Part shown: piece after piece, positions 28,654-37,056 of the stretch
How the letters are laid out: every line of letters begins with the position of its first letter
Numbering within the stretch: the stretch's first letter is position 1
Virus record (IMG/VR): IMGVR_UViG_3300023371_000103
DNA length: 64,000 bases
Source: an uncultured virus (IMG/VR IMGVR_UViG_3300023371_000103)
Taxonomy: Duplodnaviria; Heunggongvirae; Uroviricota; Caudoviricetes
Direction: 5' to 3' (one strand)
Translations under genes and position numbers: made by a program
Notes under the pieces: model-generated
The model's database searches: none
Told to the model about the DNA's origin: nothing
The model's input: the letters and a program-made list of their open reading frames with translations, nothing else

Positions 28654-28667
28654 GAAAGGAAAATAGC

Positions 28668-29033
28668 ATGTCGCATATCGTATCGACAAAACTGGATTTT
28701 AACCGGGAGCATGTTCCGCATCTGCAGAAAGCCGTTCAGGAAGTTGGCGGAACATGGCAGGACTGGGGCGAAGTCCAGACCTACAGCACCCGTGAGACCG
28801 GCTACCGGATCCAGCTCCCCGGTTGGAAATACCCGGTCGTCTTCGAGGAAGACGGAACCGTTAAATATGATAATTACAACGGAAACTGGGGCGAGCAGGG
28901 GAAACTGGACACGCTCCTGCAGCTGTTCACGAATAATGTAATCCAGCATTCGGCAAAGAAGCTGGGGTACAAAGAAATCAGCCGTAAGGTGAATGAAAAA
29001 GGGCAGCTCGTCGTTGAGCTGATCGGACGCTGA
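28668..29033 (+). CDS. DUF1257-like protein
   Basis: MSHIVSTK...PGWKYPVV...YDNYNGNWG; follows a Ycf46-like AAA. Confidence 0.7.
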   Translation: MSHIVSTKLDFNREHVPHLQKAVQEVGGTWQDWGEVQTYSTRETGYRIQLPGWKYPVVFEEDGTVKYDNYNGNWGEQGKLDTLLQLFTNNVIQHSAKKLGYKEISRKVNEKGQLVVELIGR

Positions 29034-29055
29034 TATTAATAGCAGGAGAAAATCA

Positions 29056-29247
29056 ATGAAAAAACTGGTCATCACCATTGATAAAGATGGTTCTGCCGTG
29101 ATGGAGACATCCGGCGAAGTCGGAAAAGTTTGTCTTAAAAAACTGGAGACGATCGCGAAAGACAGCGGTCAGTCGATCAAGTCAAGACGGGCTAAAAAAG
29201 AATTTTATCAGAAAGAAAGCCATGATAATAAAAGCGGTTTACGATGA
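29056..29247 (+). CDS. DUF2997-like protein
   Basis: ITIDKDGSAVMETSGEVGKVC...KEFY. Confidence 0.7.
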   Translation: MKKLVITIDKDGSAVMETSGEVGKVCLKKLETIAKDSGQSIKSRRAKKEFYQKESHDNKSGLR

Positions 29248-29488
29248 GGACCTGAATCAGCTCCTCAAGGAGATCGGATCGGTCTCTACCGAGCGGGCAA
29301 GCTATGTGGAGACGATCCGAAATCTGCCGAAAGACATCGCGGATCAGATCGAAAACAGAGACCCATCCCTTTGGTGGGTCTCTTTTCGTCCGATCCACGA
29401 CGAAACGCTTCTGGGTCCCTTTGAGACCCGTTCCGAAGCACTGAAAGCGGAATCTGACTATCTCCGGCAGTGGATGAAAGTCAGCTGA
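29222..29488 (+). CDS. Hypothetical protein of the AAA/DUF1257/DUF2997 cluster
   Basis: LGPFETRSEALKAESDYL motif. Confidence 0.65.
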   Translation: MIIKAVYDEDLNQLLKEIGSVSTERASYVETIRNLPKDIADQIENRDPSLWWVSFRPIHDETLLGPFETRSEALKAESDYLRQWMKVS

Positions 29489-30629
29489 AGAATTCCGGAG
29501 GAATGACCACCGCCGCAGCTTTTTCCTGATGATCCGGTCTGACACCGATACGGTGAAGCTCCTGTGTAAGCTGATCCGCCATAGGTCTCGGCAGGGTCGG
29601 AAGGATGGCAGCCGCGGCTTCTTTGTTGAATTCGCGCCCAACGTAGCATTCGTTAGCCAGGTCGCTTCCGAAGCGCCCCTCGAAGGAATCCCGATCCAGT
29701 TTGGAAATGGAGTCCAGCGAGTAGATGCTGCCGTTCTGGAGCTTCAGATTGCTGGCAGCATACTTTTCCATACTTCGGAGCGTGTGCCGATAGATAACTT
29801 CTTCCGGGAGCGGAAGCTCACCGCGGGAACGCATGGCGGAAAGCCCGGTCCTGTGGTCGAACTCGTCGATAAAGCATGCGGTCTTGTACATGACCGCGCT
29901 TCCGATCTCCGGAGGATCCTGCTGAAAGATCTGAGCCATCTGGACCAGCGTATTGCTGAGTTCCGGATCCACGGAACGTCCCAGTTCGGCCCGCTTGACC
30001 AGCGCCTGCGAAATGCGGTCATTATCGTTGAACCCGAAACCAATGATCTGTTCCAGCTTTTCGCGTTCCGGAGCTTCCTCCATTCCAAGCGAAGCCGCCC
30101 GTTTGTAAATACGCTGTGCAATACCGCTGCACTGATGGAGCGGCATGGCGTTACGGTTCTGCAAGAGCCATTGCGCCGCCTTTCTGACGCCATTCTGGTC
30201 GATCATGGCTCCAGCATACTGCTTCTGTCCGTCGGATTCCAGTTCCACGGCATACCAGTCACTCGGTATCGCTGCGGAAGCAGAAGCCTGCTTGACCGTC
30301 TGCGTGCGTTCCGCAACCAGATCCTGAATTTCGTTCTCGATCCCAAAAAATTTGGCGAACTTCTCGATTCGGTTCCCAACGTAGGTTCGGTAATGCTGCG
30401 GAAGTTTTTCGTAGTCTTCAGCAAGGAAGGCTGCAGAAAGCCATGTCGCTGCCTTGGTATGGCAGGGATACGTTAAATTGACCGGATCGGCACAGACCCG
30501 GTAAAGTTCCTCTGGAGTGCCCTCCGGACGTAAGTCCCGCTGGTTGGCACTTTTCACAAAAGGAGGTACATTATATGTCTGCTTAATTTTATGAAATTCA
30601 GTCCCGAGAGGGTCTCGAAAGGTGGTCAT
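29481..30629 (-). CDS. Putative head/virion protein rich in KxA motifs
   Basis: VKSAN, VKQAS, YKRAA, YKTAC, EKYAA, NKEAA, EKAAA. Confidence 0.65.
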   Translation of the reverse strand: MTTFRDPLGTEFHKIKQTYNVPPFVKSANQRDLRPEGTPEELYRVCADPVNLTYPCHTKAATWLSAAFLAEDYEKLPQHYRTYVGNRIEKFAKFFGIENEIQDLVAERTQTVKQASASAAIPSDWYAVELESDGQKQYAGAMIDQNGVRKAAQWLLQNRNAMPLHQCSGIAQRIYKRAASLGMEEAPEREKLEQIIGFGFNDNDRISQALVKRAELGRSVDPELSNTLVQMAQIFQQDPPEIGSAVMYKTACFIDEFDHRTGLSAMRSRGELPLPEEVIYRHTLRSMEKYAASNLKLQNGSIYSLDSISKLDRDSFEGRFGSDLANECYVGREFNKEAAAAILPTLPRPMADQLTQELHRIGVRPDHQEKAAAVVIPPEFFS

Positions 30630-30632
30630 GAT

Positions 30633-31679
30633 ATGAACCTCAAATTAATTTGTCCGAAATGCGGCTGTGATCTGAAAATTAACGATTTTTCGCTGACCGC
30701 GACCAGCTGGGGGATCTGCCCGCAATGTCAGTACGCTGATTTTATTATAGCGGCGGAGCTGGAAACCTACAACCTCTCCGTGAATTCTGCGGTTCGTCAG
30801 ATGGAACGCGGAAATGAAACGCTTCCGGTGGAAGTCAGTCTGCGGACCCTGTACTCGATTCAGGCGGCGATGACTGCACGGCGCCGTATCGGTAAGCTGG
30901 GCGGCTGGACGAATCAGCAGTTTGAAGAGATAAGCTGTCGGCTGTGCGGACCGGGGCTCGTATCCGTAAAGACTCCGCCCTTCCTGTGTATCGACACGCG
31001 ATTCCGGGAAGCCATGAAGCCGTACATGTTCCCGGCATCCCGAAGGGACCCGGAACCGAAGATCATCGCGGGACTGAATATTCCGCTGTTTCAGGAACAA
31101 AATCAGTATGTCGGGCATTGTACCCTGATCAAGCCGTATCCGGATGCCTGTTCGGGATTCTCATGGAAAACGTATATGCACGAATTCTATGAGGACCGCG
31201 AGCGGGCATTCCTGAGTTACCGGCCTGCACCGGTCACTGAAGATGCGGAATTACTGATCGTGGACAATTTCACAGCCTACATTCAGATCGTGAAATGGTT
31301 CGACACAACGTTGAGAGAGCCGTCCGAGGCTTTCCCAGGTAACGTTGTCCCAGTCCTGCTGCTGGGTAAGAAGCAGGAAGCCCTAACTTTTTTGAAAGAC
31401 CATGTCTGGCGTCCGTTCAGGATCACGGTGGTCAGTCCGTTTCGAGATATTTCCAGCCACATCTGGGAAGAGATGCAGGCAGATTCGTTCCTGGACTGCC
31501 CGAAGCTCCGGGTCGCTGCGGACATTCCCGCCGCAACCGCCTGTATGCACCGGTGTAGAAGCCGGGAACGATTTGAAGATTTGATTTTAGAAAAGTTTTT
31601 TGAATTGAATGGAGAAAAGTATGATCACTCCAGGAGAAAAAGAAGCTCTGAGCCGTATTACGACCGTGCTGAATCATGA
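30633..31679 (+). CDS. Hypothetical protein with N-terminal Zn-ribbon
   Basis: CPKCG...CPQC. Confidence 0.65.
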   Translation: MNLKLICPKCGCDLKINDFSLTATSWGICPQCQYADFIIAAELETYNLSVNSAVRQMERGNETLPVEVSLRTLYSIQAAMTARRRIGKLGGWTNQQFEEISCRLCGPGLVSVKTPPFLCIDTRFREAMKPYMFPASRRDPEPKIIAGLNIPLFQEQNQYVGHCTLIKPYPDACSGFSWKTYMHEFYEDRERAFLSYRPAPVTEDAELLIVDNFTAYIQIVKWFDTTLREPSEAFPGNVVPVLLLGKKQEALTFLKDHVWRPFRITVVSPFRDISSHIWEEMQADSFLDCPKLRVAADIPAATACMHRCRSRERFEDLILEKFFELNGEKYDHSRRKRSSEPYYDRAES

Positions 31680-32277
31680 AACAGGATCCCCGCTGGAAAG
31701 CTATCTGGTAGGGGAACAGGTAAACCTCTTTCTGGAAATGAACAGCTGGTCCGTGAGCCGGCTGTTTTCATTTTTGCAGAAAAACAGCGGCGTGTCACGC
31801 TACTTCTATGACTACATCCGAAAGCTGTCGCGCCGGTTCAATATGACCCGCATTGAAGAACACATCCAGCTGGGCGAGTTTAATGATTCCCCGCTGACGG
31901 ATGCAAAGCTGCGTGCGGTCATGCGCTGCCGACCCGAAGCTGCTAAAAAAGCCTTGTGCTACGTAGTTTCACATCATGTCAGCGCGGCTGCTGCGGAACG
32001 GTGGTTCGAGAAGCAGGGATTCATCGCCAAGCGGGATGAGTCTGTCTTTCAGACGCAGCTGCGGCTCCTTCAGGCGGCGCATCAGGAATACGAGGAGCAG
32101 GTGGATCGGTTCGCGAGGACGTACCGCCGTCTTCCCGGAACGGAAACCGCGGATGAAGCTGCCGCCCGCCGCAAGCTCAAGACGAAGCTCCGTCCGAAAG
32201 CGCATAAGAAGCTCTTGGTGGTTCTGACGGATTCCGGACCGATCACCGGCAGCGGCTCGGCTTTCGGGTCAGACTGA
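31609..32277 (+). CDS. Hypothetical protein
   Basis: 222-aa ORF. Confidence 0.65.
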   Translation: MEKSMITPGEKEALSRITTVLNHETGSPLESYLVGEQVNLFLEMNSWSVSRLFSFLQKNSGVSRYFYDYIRKLSRRFNMTRIEEHIQLGEFNDSPLTDAKLRAVMRCRPEAAKKALCYVVSHHVSAAAAERWFEKQGFIAKRDESVFQTQLRLLQAAHQEYEEQVDRFARTYRRLPGTETADEAAARRKLKTKLRPKAHKKLLVVLTDSGPITGSGSAFGSD

Positions 32278-34119
32278 GACGTCCCAGTCCATGTCTTCAT
32301 CGTAGCTGTACTGGATCGACGCGGCATCCGGACGGTAAGGGCTGAAGTTCGGCCACATATTCGTCGTATGCCAGAGCGCCAGACAGCCGATGTTGACGGC
32401 ATGAGCAAAATCATCCGGAACGGACGGATTCCGGGTGATCAGGTAGGCAGGAGATCCAATGCGTCCTCCGGACTTCTCTTCGATCAGGGCGAGAAAATCA
32501 TCCATCAGCGAGCCGGTGGACTGCACACCGCCGTCGTACTGGAAAAAACGAAGTTTTCCAGTTCGAAGACAGGTGATGGTGTAGAGCAGGCTGCGTGTCT
32601 TGTCGGCGCGGAAATAGCGGCGGGAATGATTCGCGGTAGGCGGCACCTCGGTCATCAGATTGTACTTCGCGCTGCCGACATACTGGACGGGTATGGTCGA
32701 TGCCTGAGGTACTCCGGACTGGATGAGGAACGTTTCACGGAGCGTTCCGGCACCGGTATAGTCGTGGGCGATCGTATCGACCTGAAACTTCTTCATGTAG
32801 TAGAGACACTGTTCTGCCTCCGCTACGTGGTCCAAAGAGGCGGTAAGACGCTTTCCCCACAGGCAGTCCACGGTACCGTCCGGGAGGATCCCGAGCAGAG
32901 CGAGAACGGTGTAGCTGATCGCAGATTCACCGCCGCCTGCCCAGTCTACCGCCAGCGTCATCCACGCGTAGCGGCTTCGTCTGGCAAGGATCTCCGGAGA
33001 CGGATCTTCCGGATTGTTCTTCCAGGGGAGACAGCCGGCAGCCTGAAGGTCCGTCGTGGAGACCAGCTTCTGCCCCGCGTCTACGGATTCTCCAAGGATC
33101 TCATTGTAAAATCGGGCTGTGCTGGTATGCGCCGCGCCTTCCTGTTTCTCAATGAGCGTCCTCCATTTCGCGGCTTCTGCAAAGTGGCAGGGAAGAATGA
33201 TCTGCGGAACATGATAGCCCGCGAAACGTTCTTTCTTCTCCGGGATGCGGTGCTCCCAGTGGCCGGTTCGCGGATTGATCGGTTTCTTGCATTTATGGCA
33301 GACCGTTGCCGGACAGGCTTCGGAAATGTCCTCGTGCCAGGGACCGATCATGTCCAGCAGATGATACTCCGCTGCCGGGATGTTCCACTCATTGCAATGC
33401 GTGCATTTGATGACCCACTCCGCCTGACTGGAGTCCATCCAAAGCCCCTGGATCGTGTTGTCCATAGACTTAGGCGTTCCGGTGTACTGGATGAGACTGA
33501 ATCGGGAGGCGTCCGTAGTGGACTCAATAACCGGAAGCAGGTCCGGATCAAAGTCCTGGATCTCGTCGAAGCTGACCATGTCCGCGGCGATACCTCGGAT
33601 GCGGTCCGCAGAAAGCGAAGCAAAGGAGAAGATCAGGTTCGACCGGTTTGGAAACTCGTGATGGTAGATCGTATCCTTGGTGTTAGAATCGTTCCAGAGA
33701 AACGGAAGCGGGGAGTCTGCCATCAGCGGCTTCACGTAGTTGATCGAGAAACGCCGTACCTGCTCGCCCAAAGGCGTCGCTACCAAAGACGTGAAGTTTG
33801 GATTCTGTCCGGGAATGATCAGGTTCGCGGAGGCGGTCGAGATCGACTTCCCGACCTGACGTCCTGTCTTAAACAGAAGACGCTTCGGGCGGTCGCAGTA
33901 AAACAGCGGTGAGAACGGACGGTAGTCCTGCAGGGTAAGCGGGCGTCCTTTGAACGAGAAGAACAGAGGAAGCAGAAGCTCATAGGTCCGGATGGAGGTC
34001 AGCTCCTGGATCTTGCGCAGGATGGCGACCCGGTCCACCGGAAGGATGGATCGGCCGTAAAGTTTTTCTGCCGTAAGCTGGCGGATGAGGGTCTCTAACT
34101 CAGGATTAAAGGAGGACAT
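32269..34119 (-). CDS. terL: Terminase large subunit
   Basis: FKTGRQVGKS Walker A; SFDEIQD Walker B; YTGTPK motif III; AVDWAGG and PDDFAHA nuclease motifs; CxxC ribbons. Confidence 0.9.
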   Translation of the reverse strand: MSSFNPELETLIRQLTAEKLYGRSILPVDRVAILRKIQELTSIRTYELLLPLFFSFKGRPLTLQDYRPFSPLFYCDRPKRLLFKTGRQVGKSISTASANLIIPGQNPNFTSLVATPLGEQVRRFSINYVKPLMADSPLPFLWNDSNTKDTIYHHEFPNRSNLIFSFASLSADRIRGIAADMVSFDEIQDFDPDLLPVIESTTDASRFSLIQYTGTPKSMDNTIQGLWMDSSQAEWVIKCTHCNEWNIPAAEYHLLDMIGPWHEDISEACPATVCHKCKKPINPRTGHWEHRIPEKKERFAGYHVPQIILPCHFAEAAKWRTLIEKQEGAAHTSTARFYNEILGESVDAGQKLVSTTDLQAAGCLPWKNNPEDPSPEILARRSRYAWMTLAVDWAGGGESAISYTVLALLGILPDGTVDCLWGKRLTASLDHVAEAEQCLYYMKKFQVDTIAHDYTGAGTLRETFLIQSGVPQASTIPVQYVGSAKYNLMTEVPPTANHSRRYFRADKTRSLLYTITCLRTGKLRFFQYDGGVQSTGSLMDDFLALIEEKSGGRIGSPAYLITRNPSVPDDFAHAVNIGCLALWHTTNMWPNFSPYRPDAASIQYSYDEDMDWDVSV

Positions 34120-34120
34120 A

Positions 34121-34345
34121 ATGCCTGGCTCTTCAAAAAATTATATTGAAAACAATCATATCAACGACCAGATGGTCCGGGAACAGCCGCTGTCAAAGCT
34201 GGACACGGTGTCTGCCCGCCGGTATGACTATTATGACGGATTGCCGTCGAAATGTGAAATTTTGAAAGAAGATCGGGAGGTTATTAATAACGATGAATCC
34301 AATGGAAGATGCCGTGAAAGCGGCTTTGAAGGCGACTCGGGATGA
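34121..34345 (+). CDS. Small hypothetical protein
   Basis: AAGGAGG RBS before MPGSSK. Confidence 0.45.
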   Translation: MPGSSKNYIENNHINDQMVREQPLSKLDTVSARRYDYYDGLPSKCEILKEDREVINNDESNGRCRESGFEGDSG

Positions 34346-35168
34346 ACGGCTGCGGAAAAAGTTAGAAAGTGTGCTGTATTGCAGACCAAAGCATTTCTGC
34401 CGTAACGTGCAGCTGTGTCAGTTCTGCATACGGCTCCGCCAGAAAAATATCTCCGCAAAGATAGAGGCATACAGGCGCAGGAAGGGCATTCTTTACGGTT
34501 TCCTGCGCACGGAGGAGTTTCTTCTGGACAGTCTGGATGACATGAAGCCGCAGTATCAGGTCTTGAAAGACAGGATCCGAAAGATACGGCGCACGATGCC
34601 TAAGGGTTCTTCCCGTCTTAGAGGCTGGGTGAGCAGGTACGAGCTGGTCTGGAATAAAAAGGAGAACTGCTGGTCCTTGCGGGTAGTAACCCTTCTGCTG
34701 TTCAGACGGCGGAACATTACTACCCGCTCTCCTTACTGGACAGAGAAAACCGTTTGGGAGGAAGACGGATCTTTGAAATCAGGAACTCCAAGACACAGCT
34801 CCAGAATGAAGTACCTGGGACCCTTAAGACACCCGAAGCAGTCCGTGTCGGTGATACTTCATTCGTTTCAGCTACCGGAATTCTATAAACAGTCAGCGGA
34901 AGCATTGCTGAAGTTTTTGACTTTGACAGGAAGTTCACAGACCTGGGTGACAGGAGGTGAACTCTTTCAGAAGCCAGGAAAGAGAAAAACGGTTTCTCGA
35001 CTTAAGCCTGTACGAAAATATAAAATAATCAAATGTAAGAAACCTGTACAGATTGCGAAGCAGGTAGAGGAACTTCTTCGCAGGAAAGGCAGAGAGGACG
35101 TTTTGCAGGAGTCGAGAGGATCTGCTGTAGAAGCAGGTCCTGAAGTCTGTTTTCAAGAAAGGATCTAA
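34293..35168 (+). CDS. Basic hypothetical protein, weak resemblance to rolling-circle Rep fold
   Basis: C...C...CQFC, then GWVSRYELVW...WSLRVVTLLL (HUH position degenerate); adjacent to origin-like region. Confidence 0.5.
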   Translation: MNPMEDAVKAALKATRDERLRKKLESVLYCRPKHFCRNVQLCQFCIRLRQKNISAKIEAYRRRKGILYGFLRTEEFLLDSLDDMKPQYQVLKDRIRKIRRTMPKGSSRLRGWVSRYELVWNKKENCWSLRVVTLLLFRRRNITTRSPYWTEKTVWEEDGSLKSGTPRHSSRMKYLGPLRHPKQSVSVILHSFQLPEFYKQSAEALLKFLTLTGSSQTWVTGGELFQKPGKRKTVSRLKPVRKYKIIKCKKPVQIAKQVEELLRRKGREDVLQESRGSAVEAGPEVCFQERI

Positions 35169-35169
35169 A

Positions 35170-35830
35170 ATCGTCGCTAGGAGGCGTTTTGGGGTCTTGA
35201 TGACTCTTGATACTATCTACCCTCAAAAAATTCAGTCAAAAATCAAATAAGAGCCAAGAACTTGAAATGCAGGGTACACAGAGAAGGCAGAAATGACTTT
35301 TCGCAGGAGAAGACCTTGCAGGACAGGTGACGCGGGAAGGCTTGCAGAGCTTCAGAGACAGGCTTCTGTGGAAGGCAGGAGTCAGAGACAGCAGAGGCAG
35401 AAAGGGTGAAGGAAGAGAGAAAATTCGCGTGCAGCGGAAGGAGCGCAGCGGATGGAGCGCACGCGAATTTTTTTTCTTTTACCGGCGAATAACTGACTAG
35501 TTAGGCTTTAGCGAGCTATGTTATAGCGAGCCAGCTTTTGAGCGATAGCGAAAAAGTAAGCCTAACGCAGTTTCGAGTGCTAACGAGAAACTAGTTAGTT
35601 ATTTGCTTAAGGTAGAAAAATAGTCCACCCAAAATAACCACGCCAAAAATCTATTGCAAACTGTACGGACTTGTGCTTTTGTTTGCTTTTAAGCAAAATT
35701 CAAGAAATCTAATTAACCAAAATTTTTACTTTTTCCTCTTGACAAGCTCAAAAAAATATTCAGATTTTTTGGAATTTGCTTTCCTGCTGGGTGTTATTGA
35801 TAACACTTTTGAGACTTAAATTTTTTAGAA
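35170..35830. other. Candidate replication origin: purine-skewed tract, nested hairpins with GAGC..GCGA loops, AT-rich tract
   Basis: Largest intergenic region; 13-bp perfect IR 35420-35471; IR 35485-35606; AT-rich 35610-35830; directly upstream of the replication block. Confidence 0.55.
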
Positions 35831-35842
35831 AGGAGACGCAAA

Positions 35843-36961
35843 ATGATCATTTTTGCAGCGGACCTGCATATCAGAAATCACACGTTTTCGGCACAGGGAT
35901 TGAAAATAAATGACTCCCTGACCGGTTTTCAGCGTGTGCTGGAGACAGCAAAGGACGCCAGAAAGTATGGAGAGCCTGTTTCCATCGTTCTCGGCGGTGA
36001 TATATGGGACACAAAAAGGATAACTCCGGACCTGCTGGAAGAGGCGATACGCCTTAGAAACAAGTATCTGGACATTCCCATCTACTATATCAACGGGAAT
36101 CACGACGACATTTTGCCGTCATGGACCAGCTTTCTCGGAAACACCATTCATCTGGGACCGGAACCGGTGACTCTGCCGGGGGGTGAAACCGTCTCCGGAA
36201 TGGACTATACTACCCCCAGAAAAATCAAAGAAAATTTAGAGTCTGTACAGGTTTCAGACTTTCTGGTCGTCCACCAGTTCGTGGAGGATAGGGAGGACAG
36301 TTTCATCAGTGCATCCGTACCTCTGGAAACTTACGCGAGATTCCCTGTCGTACTGGCGGGGGATATTCATGAACAGCGGCATCTGTACGGGAAGCATACC
36401 GACCTGCTTTACTCAGGACCTGCTTATCGATGCAGCATTCCTGAACCGGAAGGCGGCTGCCTGCTCCTGTCAAAGAAACGTTTTCTGCTCATGTGCCGAA
36501 CGCTGAATAATGGCTATAAAGCCATGTATCAGTCGTTTGAGATCCGTCCCATGACCCATCTGACCTTTGACGGTCCGTTCACGATGGCACGGATCGAGGA
36601 GTTCAGACAGAAGTGGGAACCAGAGAGGTATCGAAGGACTCTTTCAGTCTCACCCCTGACTGTGCTGCATGCAGAGGCGTTTGAAGAAGAGGCAGTAAAG
36701 TATCTGCTGGATCATTACGGGTCGAAAGACGGTCTGGATCCGGAGAAAGGACTGTTTCTGTTTCGAAGGACGGTGCCGGTACAGGAGCGGATCGTACCGT
36801 CGGAGAATACAGATGCAGTATTGGCTTCCAACGCGCTGTCCTACGCAATAGAGTCGCTTCAGACATATCAGACGGAAGACAGAGTGAAGGAGCTGGCCAG
36901 AGATGCGCTGACAAATGAGGATCGATTCTTTGAAGACCTCAAAGAGCATTTTTCACTATAA
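35843..36961 (+). CDS. sbcD: SbcD/Mre11-like metallophosphoesterase nuclease
   Basis: ADLH, GGDIWD, GNHD, GDIH motifs. Confidence 0.85.
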   Translation: MIIFAADLHIRNHTFSAQGLKINDSLTGFQRVLETAKDARKYGEPVSIVLGGDIWDTKRITPDLLEEAIRLRNKYLDIPIYYINGNHDDILPSWTSFLGNTIHLGPEPVTLPGGETVSGMDYTTPRKIKENLESVQVSDFLVVHQFVEDREDSFISASVPLETYARFPVVLAGDIHEQRHLYGKHTDLLYSGPAYRCSIPEPEGGCLLLSKKRFLLMCRTLNNGYKAMYQSFEIRPMTHLTFDGPFTMARIEEFRQKWEPERYRRTLSVSPLTVLHAEAFEEEAVKYLLDHYGSKDGLDPEKGLFLFRRTVPVQERIVPSENTDAVLASNALSYAIESLQTYQTEDRVKELARDALTNEDRFFEDLKEHFSL

Positions 36962-37056
36962 AAGAAAAGCCCGGGTGTCGGAAGCTGTAAAGGACACCCG
37001 GGCATCGTTTTGTACACTTTATGATAAAGTCTTGAATCAGGTTGTAAAGGAACATT

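Noticed and set aside
27118..28689. Long antisense ORFs (also 590-1591, 14992-15984, 32368-33912, 41284-42768, 44714-46405)
   Set aside because: Shadows of well-supported genes on the opposite strand, with no motifs or RBS
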